Shown here: positions 37,468 to 50,400 of the stretch, piece after piece | How the letters are laid out: each line of letters starts with the position of its first letter | Numbering within the stretch: position 1 is the first letter of the stretch | NCBI GenBank assembly: GCA_030390025.1 | Contig: CM059431.1 | Location: forward strand, 129,830,001-129,894,000 | Length of the DNA: 64,000 nt | Direction: 5' to 3' | Source of the DNA: Squalus acanthias | Lineage: Eukaryota | Notes under the pieces: generated by a model | Told to the model about the DNA's origin: nothing | What the model saw: only the letters and a program-made list of their open reading frames with translations | The model's database searches: none | Made by a program: the position numbers and the translations under genes

Positions 37468-37808
37468 TAAACATAGAAACATAGAATCTAGGAGCAGGAG
37501 TAGGCCATTCGGCCCGTCGAGCCTGTTCCACCATTCAATACGATCATGGCTGATCATCCAAATCCAGTACCCTGTCCCTGCTTTAATCCCCACAATACAC
37601 ACTACCCCCGTAACCCCACGTATTTAATTCCCCCTAACATATCCCATCCCCCCACATATTTAAACTCCCCCTAACACTAAGGGTCAATTTATCATAGCCA
37701 AATCAACCTAACCCGCACATTTTTGGACTGTGGGAGGAAACCGGAGCACCCGGAGGAAACCCACGCAGACACGGGGAGAATGTGCAAACTCCACACAGAC
37801 AGTCACCC
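37468..37808 (-). mobile_element. 5'-truncated HE1/V-SINE-like SINE with CR1-type tail
   Basis: Core tgtgggaggaaaccggagcacccggaggaaacccacgcagacacggggagaatgtgcaaactccacacagacag, identical to the copy at about 40727-40800. Confidence 0.85.
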
Positions 37809-38330
37809 AGTTAGGTAGGGAGTTCTAGAACTTAGGAACAGCGATATATTTTCAAGTCAGGATGGTGTGTGACTTGGAGGGGAACTTGGAGGTGGGGTGT
37901 TCCCATGTGCCTGCTACCCTTGTCCTTTTAGATTGTAGAGGTCGCGGGTTTGGGAGGTGATGTCAAAGAAGCCTTGGCAAGTTGTTGCACTGCATCTTGA
38001 AGATGATACACATTGCAGCCATGGTGTGCCGGTGGTGGAGGGAGTGAATGTTTAAGGTAGTGGATGGGGTGCCGATCAAGCAGACTGCTTTGTCCTGGAT
38101 GGTGTCGAGCTTCATGAGTGTTGTTGGAGCTGCACTCATCTAGGCAAGTGGAGTGAATTCCATCACACTCCTGACTTGTGCTTTGGGGAGTTAGAGGTGA
38201 GTCACTCACTGCAAAATGCCCAGCCTCTGACCTGCTCTTAAAAGCCACAGTATTTATGTAGTTGGTCCAGTTAAGTTTCTTGTCAATGGTGACCCCCAGA
38301 ATGTTGATGGTGGGGGAATCAATGTTCGTA

Positions 38331-38694
38331 CAGGAAACTCTTTATTAACCGGCACCGATGGGACCGGCGTGGTGCCGGTTAATCAAAAAGTCCGGATAAC
38401 GGAGAGTTATATCTCCCAACGTACGAGAGCCCCGTACACATTGACATGCGCCTGCATTCGGAGCTCCGTCTCCCCGGGGACCGCCAGCTGACCATCTGTC
38501 GTGTCCGCTGCCTACCCGGGCTGCACATTCCCCTCCCAATCTACACGCTCTGATACAAGGCAAACGCCTCGGGGTTTTTTTAAAAGTTAATTTTAAGCGA
38601 GAGATGAAGGAAAACCCCGGTTACCTACTCAAGAATTTTGCCGGTTAAGAGAGATTTCCGGATATTTGGGTGCCGGTTAATAAAGAGTTTCCTG
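38331..38694. mobile_element. pogo/Tigger-like MITE, 364 bp
   Basis: Perfect 26-bp TIR CAGGAAACTCTTTATTAACCGGCACC; TA TSD; near-identical to 27955-28309. Confidence 0.92.
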
Positions 38695-40026
38695 TAATGC
38701 CATTGAATGTCAGTGGGAGGTGGTTAGACTTTCTCCTGTTGGAGATGGTCATTACCTGGCACTTGTTTGGTGCGAATGTTACTTGCCACTTATCAACCTA
38801 AATGTTGTCCAGGTCTTGCTGCATGTGGGCCCAGACTGCTTCATTATCTGAGGAATTGCGAATAGAATTGAACACTGTGCAGTCATCAACGAACATCCCC
38901 ACTTCTGACCTTTATGTTGGAGGGAAGGTCATTGATGAAGCAGTTGAAGATGGTTGGGCTGAGGACATTACCCTGAGGAACTCCTGCAGTGATGTCCTGG
39001 GGCTGAGATGATCAGCCTCCAACAACTACAACCATCTTCCTTTGTGTTAGGTATGGCTCCAGCCTGATCAATGTTCCCTCTAATTTTTATTTGTACTGAG
39101 CGGGCCACAAACTCCTCAGAGCACGACGTTTTTGTCCATGGGCAAATTTTATGACAACAACAACTACTTTCATTCACCTGAGCCAAATGAAATGATTCTG
39201 CACTGATGACTTCTTTTGTTAAGTGTTCAGTAATTGGAACAGTCTCCTCTTAAAGCTTGGTTTTATTACACATACAATGCGTCTCCCTCACTAAAAACCA
39301 GTTGATTCTAACTTGCTGAAGTCAAAATCGATACAGATCTCGTACACCTTTAGCCGCGCATACGCCTTCCTTGCTCTTACCAGAAACCCATTTTTCTGAA
39401 CAAGCAAGGTCACTGCGAAGCGATCGGCAGCTCTAATTGTTAAGAAAGGACGGCGGGAATAGAATACCACATAGTTCTTCAAGTTAGATTGAAGTTTAGT
39501 AACAATTTTTGAGATTTATGAGAGATGTTGCCTTTTGGTTTCAGGGTTGGTTTAGGATGCATTCTGTGCAATAGGTACGTGCAAATCAGTTTTACTATTT
39601 TAAAAACATGTTTCCCCAAGAAGATTTGGCATGCACTATGTTTTTAAATGTACAATGTATCGTGTTTGAATTTTATGCAAATCTTTGAACTCGCCCGCTC
39701 ATTTTTTTTGGCCAAGAAAGGAAATCGATTTGAAAGAGGTGCAGCGTTTGCGGAAAGCTGCTAAGTGCAGGTTGGGGAGGGTTGAAGGTGTCTGCCTCTT
39801 CGCAAGCGCTTTAACCTGAGCAGGATAGCCAAGGGATCAAGTCTGTGATTGTTTAAACCGTGTCCTAGCAACCGTGCGCACCCTGAACAAGCTCATGACT
39901 GCTAGGGAAGGATTCAAAGATATTTACTGACATTGCTGCACGCTGCCGCTCTGCCTTGATACAACTGCCACGCGAGTGAGTCTCTGGCTCAATCCTCTCT
40001 GAACTGCACCACAAAGGAACGTATTG

Positions 40027-40450
40027 AATCATAGAATAGTATAGTACAGAAGGAGGCCATTCGGCTCATTGAGTCTGCACTGGCTCTTTCGAAGAGCAGT
40101 CCAGTTAGTGTCTCTCTCCCGCTCTTTCTCCATATCCCTGCAATTTTTTCTCCAAGTATTTATCCAATTCCCTTTTGAAGCCTACTATTAAATCTGCATC
40201 AACAGTGCATTCCAAATCCTAACCACTCGTTGCGTTTATATAAAAAAAAGGTTTTTCCTCATGCCTGTTCTGGTTCTTTTGCCAATCACCTTAAATCTGT
40301 GACCTCGTGTTACAGACCCTTCAGCCATTGGAAAAAGTTTCTCTTTATTTACTCTATCTAAACCCTTCATGATTTTAAACGCCTCTAGCAAATCTCTTAG
40401 CCTTCTCTGCTCCAAGGAGAACAACCCCAGCTTCTCCAGTCTATCCATTT
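40027..40450 (-). mobile_element. CR1 3' fragment
   Basis: DRLEKLGLFSLEQRRLR; tail aatcatagaat. Confidence 0.85.
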
Positions 40451-40567
40451 ATTATTCTGCATGCAACTTAAATATAATATTTATGATTAGACTTGTCAAT
40501 GCCCTTTAAATTTTTATCCTTAAATAGGTAATGTTCAATCACTCTTTAGTTTTGTTGAGCGGAAAAG

Positions 40568-40878
40568 ATCACAGAATCCCACAATGCAGATAGAGGCCAT
40601 TTCGGCCCATCGAGCCTGCACCGACACATATCCCACCCTATCCCCGTAACCCCACGTATTTAATCCCCCTAACACTAAGGGTCAATTTATCATCGCCAAA
40701 TCAACCTAACCCGCACATCTTTGGACTGTGGGAGGAAACCGGAGCACCCGGAGGAAACCCACGCAGACACGGGGAGAATGTGCAAACTCCACACAGACAG
40801 TCACCCGTGGCCGGATTCGAACCCGGGTCCCTGGCGCTGTGAGGCAACAGTGCTAACCACGATGCCACCGTGCTGCCC
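40568..40878 (-). mobile_element. Full-length HE1/V-SINE-like tRNA SINE
   Basis: - strand head gggcagcacggtggcatcgtggttagcactg…ccgggttcgaatccgg (A and B boxes), V-SINE-like core, CR1-like tail. Confidence 0.88.
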
Positions 40879-42061
40879 TAATTTTTTTTTTGGCAGGAAC
40901 ATTGTTTAATGCTTCACCACTTCTAAAGGTGGGAGTCTGTTAATCACCACACTGTACAATCTCAGCAAATCCCATGACTCGAAGAAATGCAGCTGTTTGG
41001 CTGCAGGTTAATAAAAGGCCCTCATCGGGAAACCCAAACATCGCAAGTGTATATCGCAAAAGATCCTTTCAGTCCAGCTCACCAGCCTCAGGATTTCTAA
41101 CAGCCGATTTTTGGTCAGGGTGGGGAAGAAGGAGAAGGCTGCATTGAGTGATCCCAAAGACTGGGGTAAGGAAGGGGATGGAAAACTGTGCTATGAAGGA
41201 GTGGGGAGTGTTCCATGACTGGGGTAAGGAAGTATAAGAAAAGTGGAGGGTTTTGTTTTCAAGCAGAGTTTGGGATATGTTATCTTCAGACTGTTTGCCA
41301 CAAGATCCTAAGGTAGAGAAGCTCTGCTGGAAATTACATCCCAAAATGAGCACAGGAACTCATTCAAGTAACAAACCCAGCACAAGATGTCAGAAAAATC
41401 CACACCCAAAAGGAGCAGGTTCACTTGATTTTCTACCCAAGACCATCAGATCTCAAAACCCTTTCCTATAATTAGAGGTAACATTTCAACTTCAGTGTTA
41501 GAAAAGCATACATTAACAAGTCTGTTTTATGGAGGGAATACATAACATATGAAGCCTATAGAACTTACTTGCAATTACAGGGGACTTTGCACGACTCAGC
41601 AATTTTGGAGCAGGATTAACTTTGAGATCAGTGAGGTCCAAAGAGTTCACAACCTCTCCCGTGCTACCTGCAAGTGTTCAGTGGTGCAATCCATGCTTGT
41701 CAGTTAACATTACAGTCAAAGGCAGTTTCTAAAACTCAGAGGGAACACCACGATGGTGGCAAATACTTTACACAAGCCACGCAAAATCCTTGCAGGATTA
41801 AAATTGATACACCATTAATAGAAAACTATTAGAAGTTGCACGTTTATGAAATGATTCATATACTAGACAATGCTTCTCTTGTTAAAGTCAAGGTTGTCGA
41901 TTGAACATTGCTCCCACTGCTTGTAGCAATAGTCGGTTTGACACTTAATTAACTAGTGCACTTAATGGATTTGAACTTGTGGCTGAGACGTCCCAACACA
42001 GCTATTGTAGAAAACTGCAAAAGAAATCAGCTTTTTTTTTGGAGGAGCAGCCTTAGACTTG

Positions 42062-42110
42062 CTGAGAGAGAGAGAGAGAGAGAGGGGATGGAATAGAGAG
42101 AGGGAGAGAG
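42062..42110 (+). repeat. (GA)n microsatellite
   Basis: Directly visible. Confidence 0.9.
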
Positions 42111-42278
42111 GTGGGGGAGGGTTGAGAGTAAAACCCATGCAATCCCTGGGAATCTATGCAGTGGAGCCGGGAGTTTCAGCCAAGTTTACTGCCCGAGGCG
42201 ATTCGAGTCAGCACCAGATCGCGTGTGGCTGTACAAATATTTATCCCAGATTGTAATTTGAGACAAACCGACGCGGTA

Positions 42279-45200
42279 ATAGAAACATAGAAGGTAGGAG
42301 CAGGAGTAGGCCATTCGGCCCCTCGAGCCTGTTCTGCCATTTAATGAGATAATGGCTGATCATCCAAATTCAGTACCCTGTTCCTGCTTTCTCCCCATAT
42401 CCCTCGATGCCTTTAGTCTTAAGAAATATATCTTACTCCTTCTTGAATGTATTTAATGAGTTGGCCTCAACTGCCTTCTGTGGTAGAGAATTCCACAGGT
42501 TCACCACTCTCTGGGTGAAGAAATTCCTCCTCATCTCAGTCCTAAATGGCTTACCCCTTATCCTTAGACTGTGACCCCCTGGTTCTGGACTCCCCCGCCA
42601 TCGGGAACATCCTTCCTGCATCTAGTCTGTCTAGTCCTGTTAGAATTTTATATGTTTCAATGAGATCCCCTCTCATTCTTCTAAACTCTAGCGAATATAA
42701 GCCGAATCGACCCAATCTCTCTTCATACGTCATTCCTGCCATCCCAGGTATCAGTCTGGTGAATCTTTGCTGCACTCCCTCCATGGCAAGAACATCCTTC
42801 CTCAGATAAGGCGACCAAAACTGCACACAATACTCAAGGTGTGGTCTCACCAAGGCCCTGTACACTGCAGCAAGACATCCTTGCTCCTGTACTCGAATCC
42901 TCTCGCTATGAAGGCCAACATACCATTTGCCTTCTTAACCGCCTGCTGCACCTGCATGCTTACCTTCAGCAACTGGTGCACAAGGACACCCAGGTCTCGT
43001 TGCACTTCCCCTTTTCCCAATCTATTGCCGTTCAGATAATAATCTGTCTTCCTGTTTTTGCCACCAAAGTGGATAACCTCACATTTATCCACATTATACT
43101 GCATCTGCCATGCATCTTGCATCTGTCATGCATCTGCCCAATCACCCAACCTGTCCAAATCATACTGGAGTTTCTCTGCATCCTCCTCACAGCACACACG
43201 TCCACCCAGCTTTGTGTCGTCTGCAAACTTGGAAATACTACATCTAGTTCCCTCGTCTAGATCATTAATATATATTGTTAATAGCTGTGGTCCTAGCACC
43301 GATCCCTGCGGTACCCCACTAGTCACTGCCTGCCACTCAGAAAAAGACCCGTTTATTCCAACTCTTTGCTTCCTGTCTGCCAACCAGTTCTCTATCCAAG
43401 TCAGTACCTTACCCCCAATCCTATGTGCTTTAACTTGGCACGCTAATCTCTTATGCGGGACCTTATCGAAAGCCTTCTGAAAGTCCAAATACCCCACATC
43501 CACTGGTTCTCCCTTATCTATCCTACCAGTTACATCCTCAATAAATTCCAGTAGTTTAGTCAAGCATGATTTACCTTTTGTAAATCCATGTTGACTTTGT
43601 CTGATCCTGTCACTGTTTTCCAAGTGCTCTGCTTTTACATCTTTTATAATGGACTCTAGCATTTTCCCCACTACCGATGTCAGGTTTACCGGTCTAGAAT
43701 TTCCCGTTTTATCTCCACCACCTTTTTTTAAATAGTGGGGTTACAGTAGCTACCCTCCAATCCATGGGAGCTATTCCAGAGTCTATAGAATTTTGGAAGA
43801 TGACCAGCAATGCATCTACTATTTCTAGGGTCACTTCCTTAAGTACCCTAGGATGTAGATTATCAGGCCCTGGGGATTTATCGGCCTTCAATCCTGTCAA
43901 TTTCACTACAAATACTGATTTCATTCAATTCCTCCCTCTCATTAGACCCTATGTTCCCCGACATCTCTGGGAGGTTATTTGTGTCCTTTGTGAAGACAGA
44001 ACCAAAGTATGTATTTAGTTGGTCTGCCATTTCTTTGTTCCCCATTATAAATTCCCCTGATTCTGACTGCAAGGGACCTACGCTTGACTTCACCAATCTT
44101 TTTCTCTTCACCTATCTATAGAAGCTTTTACAGTCAGTTTTTATGTTCCCTGCAAGCTTACTCTCATATTCTATTTCCCCCTTCTTAATTAATCCCTTTG
44201 TCCTCCTTTGCTGAATCCTAAACTATTCCCAATCCTCAGGTTTGCTGCTTTTTCTGGCCAATTTATATGTCCTCTCCTTGGATCTTATGCTATCCCTAAT
44301 TTCCCTTGTTAGCCACGGTTGAGTCATCTTTCTTGTTTTATTTTTATTCCAAACAGGGATGAACAAATTCTATAGTTCATCCATGTGATCTTTAAATGTT
44401 TGCCATTGCCTATCCACCATCAACCCTTTAAGTAACGCTCCCCAATCCATCCTAGCCAACTCATACCATTGCAGTTTCCTTTATTTAAATTCAGGACCCT
44501 AGTCTCTGAGTCAACTGCTTCACTCTCCATCCTAATGAAGAATTCGATCATATTATGATCGCTCCTCCCCAAGGGGCCTCGCACAACAAGATTGCTAATT
44601 AATCCTTGTTACATAATACCCAGTCTAAGATGGCCTGATCTCCAGTTGGTTCCTCGACATATTGGTCCAGGAAACCATCCCGTATACACTCTAGGAATTC
44701 CTCCTCCACAGTATTGTTACTAATTTGGTTAGCCCAATGTATATGTAGATTAAAGTCACCCATGATAACTGCTGTGCCCTTATTGCACGCGTCTCTAATT
44801 TCCCATTTAATGCCATCCCCAACCTCAGCATTACTGTTTGGGGGTCTGTATACAACTCCCACTAACATTTTCTGCCCCATGGTATTTCTCAGCTCTACCC
44901 ATACAGATTCCACATCATCAGAGCTAATATCCATCCTTACTATTGTGTTAATCTCTTTAACCAGCAATGCTACCCCACCTCCTTTTCCTTTTTGCCTGTC
45001 CTTCCTGAATATTGAATACCCCTGGATGTTGAATTCCCAGCCTTGGTCACCCTGGAGCCATGTCTCCGTAATCCCAATGATGATATATCCGTTTACATCT
45101 ATTTGCGCAGCTAATTCATCCACCTTATTACGAATGCTCCTCGCATTAAGACACAAAGCCTTCAGGCTTGTTTTTTTAACACTCTTAGTCCTTTTTAGAA

Positions 45201-46072
45201 TTATTATTTACTGTAGCCCTGTTTGATTTACACCCTTGATTTCTCTGCCTTCCTCTTTTGCTTTTCTCCTTCCTGTCTTTTGTTTCTATCCTTGCTTCCC
45301 TTACCTCTGTCTCCCTGCACAGGTTCCCAACCCCCTGCCATTTTAGTTCAAACCCTCCCCAACAGCACTAGTAAACACTCCCCCGAGGACATCGGTCCCG
45401 GTCCCGCCCAGGTGCGAACTGTCCAGTTTATACTGGTCCCACCTCCCCCAGAACTGGTTCCAATGTCCCAGGAATTTGAATCTCTCCCCCTTGCACCATT
45501 CCTCTAGCCACGTATTCATCTGAAATATCCTTCTATTTCTACTCTGACTCACACGTGGCACTGGTAGCAATCCTGAGATTACTACCTTTTGAGGTCCTAT
45601 TTTTTAAATTACTTCCTAACTCCCTATATTCAGCTTTTAGGACCTCATCCCATTTTTTTACCTATATCATTGGTACCTATATGCACCAGGACAACTGGCT
45701 GTTCACCCTCCCCCTCCAGAATGCCCTGCAGCCGCCCCGAGACATCCTTGACCCTTGCACCAGGGAGGCAACATACCATCAGGAGTCTCGTTTGCAGCCA
45801 CAGAAACGCCTATCACTATAGCTCTCCCACTCTTTTTTTCCTCCCGTCCTGTGCAGCAGAACCACCCATGGTGCCAGGAAGTTGGCTGCTGCTGCCTTCC
45901 CCCGATAAGCCATTTCCCTCAACAATATCCAAAGTGGTATATCTGTTTGAGAGGGGGATGGCCACAGGGGACCCCTGCACTACCTGCCTGCGCCTACTAT
46001 TCTGCCTGGCGGTCACCCATTCCCTTCCTGCCTGTGCAGCCTTTACCTGCGGTGTGACCAACCCATTAAACG
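42279..46072 (-). mobile_element. Near-full-length CR1 LINE (ORF1 esterase + ORF2 APE-RT), frameshifted
   Basis: ORF1 LPVPR…NTWLEEWC…FLGHWNQFWGRWDQYKLDSSHL (SGNH-type); APE CLNARSIRNK…GITETW…MGDFN; RT QHGF…[11 protein letters not shown]…[10 protein letters not shown]…FADDTK. Confidence 0.93.
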
Positions 46073-46124
46073 TATTAAAAATATTGTTCCCATTTCTTTT
46101 TATAAAAAAAAGAAAAATCATGTA

Positions 46125-46549
46125 CAGGAAACTTTCGTTTATCCGGCATCGACGGGACCGGCGTGGTGCTGGTTTATCGAAAGTACCGGATAACGGAGAG
46201 TTATATCTACCGAGGCTATTTTTAACAAAGAGACTCCAGGCAGCGCGGGAGAATCAACTCCTGCTACTGCAATGTTTCGGACTTCTGACAGCGCCAGGAG
46301 GCCGAGTAGTGGCACTTTTGAAAAGTACCCCTACTGACTAAATCGGCGTTCGCGGACTCGGACTCTGACTCGGGATCGGCAACATTGCCGGTTATTTGAG
46401 AGGAGTTTTCGGAGCACTCGGCGTTCGCGGAGACTCGGCTGCGACTCGGCAACATTGCCGGTTATTTGAGAGGAGTTTTCGGAGGATGATTTTTGCCGGT
46501 TAAGCGAGAATTCCGGATATTTGGGTGCCGGATAAACGAAAGTTTCCTG
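46125..46549. mobile_element. pogo/Tigger-like MITE, second subfamily, 425 bp
   Basis: TIR CAGGAAACTTTCGTTTATCCGGCA / TGCCGGATAAACGAAAGTTTCCTG; TA TSD; internal ~70-bp duplication. Confidence 0.9.
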
Positions 46550-47179
46550 TATTTAATTTTTAAAGTTTTTTTGGGAACGTGGCATTTTATAAACAATCCT
46601 TTCACCTCTGCAAAAATCAGAATTCCATTGAAACCCCTCCAACATTTAAGTCGGGCGTCATTCCACGGAGCTATTACAAATAGTTTGTAAAATTGATGGG
46701 AGTTTTAAAATCTGATATTGGGAGCTGGGTTTCCGTTGGAGGAGCAGCCTGAGACTGACTTACTGCTGGCATTTTTTACCGAAATGGCAGCTCTCTGGGC
46801 AGCAGTGTTCTCACGAACATGTCTCAGTAAAAATGCCTGGCTTTTCCCTCGCTTCCTTCAGTCTGCATTTTATACATTTGGACAAAGAGCTCGCACTTAG
46901 AGAGCACAATACTCTTACCTAGCCATGACTGAGAGCGTGTTCATCACCTCCAATCCAGACACACGTACTGCACTACACTAGAGCTGAAAGCCAGTCAAAT
47001 GAAATTCTCCACCTCCCCCGCCAACACCCCCACCCCCAGCTGCACTTTATCTCTCCCTCTCTGCACCCGTACACACATTGGGTATTGGGCCCCTTCTTCC
47101 CCGGCCCCAAGCAACTCCAGCTTTCCACTGCGAGATCTTCCAGATTGCTGAGGGGCCACGCACCTTAGAACGAACATTG

Positions 47180-49000
47180 CCCCTGATACCCATTGACTTC
47201 AGTTTTACTACGGCTCCTTGGTGCCACACTGTCGAATGTTGCCTTGATGTCAAGGGGAGTCACTGTCACCTCACCTCTGAAATTCAGCTCTTTTGTCCAT
47301 GTTTGGACCAAGGCTGTAATGAGGTCTGGAGCTGAGCAGTCCTGGCGGAATCTAAACTGAGCATCGGTGAGCGGATTATTGGTGAGTTAGTGCCGCTTGA
47401 TTGCACTGTCGACGACACCTCCCATCAGTTTGCTCGTGATTGAGAGTAGGCTGATGGGGTGGTAATTGGCTTCATTGTATTTGTCCTGGTTTTTGTGAAC
47501 AGGACATATCTGGGCAATTTTCCACTTTGTTGTGTGGTTGCCACTGTTGTAGCTATACTGGAACAGCTTGGCTAGAGGTGCAACTAGTTCTGGAGTGCAG
47601 ATCTTCAGCACTACAACCGGGATGTTGTCGGGGCCCATAGCCTTTGCTGTATCCAGTGCGCGCATCTGTTCCTTGATATCACATGAAGTGAATCGAATTG
47701 GCTGACGACTGGCATCTTTGATGGTGGGGACCGCAGGAGGACGACGAGATAGATCATCCACTCGACACTTCTGGCTGAAGATGGTTGCAAATGCTTCAAC
47801 CTTGTCTTTTGCACTCGTGCTGGGCTCCGCCATCGTTGAGATGGGGATGTTCATGGAGCCTCCTCCTCCTGTCAGTTGTTTAATTGTCCACGACCATTCA
47901 TGACTGGATGTAGCAAGACTGCAGAGCTTTGGTTTGATCTGTTGGTTGTAGGATCACTTAACTCTGTCTATAGCATGCTGCTTCTGCTGTTTAGCATGCA
48001 TATAGTCCTGTGTTGTAGCTTCACCAGATTGGTACCTTATTTTCAGATATGCTTGGTGCTGCTCTTGGCATGCTCTTCTACACTCCTCATTGAACCAGTG
48101 TTGGTTGCCTGGCTTGATGGTAATGGTAGAGTGCGGGATATGCCGGACTATGAGGTTACAGATTGTGGTGGAATACAATTCTGCTGCTGCTGATGGCCCA
48201 TAGCGCCTCATGGATGCCCAGTTTTGAGCTGCTAGATCTGTTCTTAATCCATCCCATTTAGCACAGTGGTAGTACCACACAACACGATGGAGGGTCTCCT
48301 CAGTGTGATGACAGGACTTTGTGCCCATCAGGACTGTGCGTTCACTCTTACCAGCACTGTCATGGACAGATGCATCTGCGACAGGTAGATTGGTGAGGAT
48401 GAGGTCAAGTAGGTTTTTCCCTTGTGTTGGCTCTCTTGCCACCTGCCGTAAACCCATTCTGGCAGCTATGTCCTTCAGGACTCGGCCAGCTTGGTCAGTA
48501 GTGGTGCTACCAAGCCAGTCTTGGTAATGGACATTTTAAGTCCCCCATCAGCTGAGGGAGTTCTGACGAAGGGTCATTGACCTGAAACGTTAACTCTGTT
48601 TCTCTCTCCACAGATGCTGCCTGACCTGCTGAGTATTTCCAGCGTTTTTATTGCACAAATTTTAAGTCCCCCATTCTGTGCCCTTGTTACCCTCAGTGCT
48701 TTTTCCAAGTGGTATTTAGCATGAAGATATACTGATTCATCAGCTGAGGAAGGGCAGTAGGTGGTAATCAGCAGGGGTTTTCCTTGCTCATGTTTGACCT
48801 GATGCCATGAGACTTCATGGGGTCCAGATTCAATGTTGAGAGCTTCCAGGGCCACTTTCTTGTGACTGTATCACTGTGCCGCCACCCCTGGTGGGTCTGT
48901 TCTGCCAGTGGGACCGGACATACCCAGGGATGGTGATGGAGGAGTCTGGGACCTTGGCTGATAGGTATGATTCTGTGAGTATGACTGTCAGGCTGTTCTA
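47180..49000 (-). mobile_element. CR1-group LINE (second family), APE-to-RT fragment
   Basis: LRQVAREPTQGKNLLDLILTN, KAMGPDNIP…WKIAQICPVHK…YHPISLLS. Confidence 0.85.
48549..48658 (+). mobile_element. 110-bp PLE 3'-end mini-insertion with intact minimal hammerhead (48558-48596)
   Basis: Perfect 16-bp TSD attttaagtcccccat (48533-48548, 48659-48674). gagtt-CTGACGA-a-gggtc-att-gacct-GAAA-cgtt-aactc. Confidence 0.85.
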
Positions 49001-49033
49001 ATTTGTGCAATAAAAACTATTCCAATGTATAAA

Positions 49034-49215
49034 TGTCAGCTTGGCTCAGTGGCTGCACACTCACCTCGAAGTTAAGGTTGTGGATTCAAGTCCCTTTGCA
49101 GGTCCCAATCTAGGCTGATACTTCAGTTACAGTGCTGCGAGAATGCTGCATTTTCTGAGATGCCGTCTTTTGGGTAAGACATTATACTGAGCCCCTTGTT
49201 CAGGTGGATGTAAAA
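49034..49215 (+). mobile_element. SacSINE1/DeuSINE-like 5' fragment
   Basis: tgtcagcttggctcagtgg…gtggattcaagtccc, homologous to the reverse complement of about 1790-1990. Confidence 0.7.
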
Positions 49216-49229
49216 TATTTTTTTAAATA

Positions 49230-50400
49230 TATTCGTTCATGGGCAAGACCAGTATTTATTGCCCATCCCTAGTTGCCCTTAAGGTGGTGGTGAGTGGCCT
49301 TTTTGAACAGCTGCAGTCCGTGTGGTGAAGGTACTCCTGTTAGGGAGGGAGTTCCATTATTTTGACCCAGCGACGATGAAGGAACGGCGATATATTTCCA
49401 AGTCAGGATGGTGTGTGACTAGGAGGGTAACTTGGAGGTGATGGTGTTCCCATGCGCCTGCTGCCCTTGTCCTTCTAGGTGGTAGAGGTCGCTGGTTTGG
49501 GCGGTGCTATCGAAGAAGCCTTGGCGAGTTGCTGCAGTGCATCTTGTAGATGGTACACACTGCAGCCACGGTGGAGGGATTGAATGTTTAAGGTGGTGAA
49601 TGGGGTGCCAATCAAGCGGGCTGCTTTGTTTTGGATGGTGTCGAGCTTGTCGAGTGTTGTTGGAGCTGCACTCATCCAGGCAAGTGGAGAGTATGCCATC
49701 ACTCCTGACTTGTGCCTTGTAGATGGTGGAAAGGCTTTGGGGAGTCAGGAGGTGAGACACCCAGCCTCTGACCTGCTCTTGTTGCCACAGTATTTATGTG
49801 GCTGATCTAGTTAAGTTTCTGGTCAATGTTGACTCCCAGGATATTGATGGTGGGGGATTCGGCGATGGTAATGCTGTTGAATGTCAAGGGGCGGTGGTTA
49901 GACACTCGCTTGTTGGAGAGCCTGACACTTGTGTTGTGCGAATGTTACCTGCCACTTATCAGCCCAAGCCTGAATGTCGTCCAGGTCTTGCTGCATTCGG
50001 GCATGGACTGCTTCATTATCTGAGGAGTTGCGAATGGCACTGAACACTGCAGTCATCAGCGAACATCCCCACTTCTGACCTTATGTTGGAGGGAAGGTCA
50101 TTGATGAAGCAGCTGAAGATGGTTGGGCCTAGGACACTGCCCATAGGAACTCCTACAGCGATGTCCTGGGGCTGTGATGATTGACCTCCAACCACCACAA
50201 CCATCTTCCTTTGTGCTAGGTATGACTCCAGCCAGTGGAGATTTTTCCCCCGATTCCCATTGACTTCAGTTTTACTAGGGCTCCTTGATGCCACACTCGG
50301 TCAAATGCTGCCTTGATGTCAAGGGCTGTCACTCTCATCTCACTTGTGGAATTCAGCTCTTTTGTCCATGTTTAGACCAAGGCTGTAACGAGGTCTGGAG
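49230..50400 (-). mobile_element. CR1-group LINE (second family) 3' fragment
   Basis: GVPMGSVLGPTIFSCFINDLP…MFADDC; YSPLAWMSAAPTTL. Confidence 0.85.

Larger units (their letters stand above)
37325..39070 (-). mobile_element. CR1-group LINE (second family) 3' fragment with nested SINE and MITE
   Basis: Same family as 49230-50400 and 62190-62860 (ccagcatttatt…ccctaattgccct…ggtggtggtgag 3' region). Confidence 0.8.

Noticed and set aside
40810..40878. tRNA gene (also about 1920-1990)
   Set aside because: A and B boxes are SINE heads followed by SINE bodies; no complete cloverleaf.
43100..43140. Short tandem duplication in CR1 RT
   Set aside because: Ordinary post-insertion slippage.
47185..50400. 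Single rearranged LINE (overlap of about 47185-47330 with 50250-50400)
   Set aside because: The overlapping segments differ at many positions; two independent copies are the simpler explanation.
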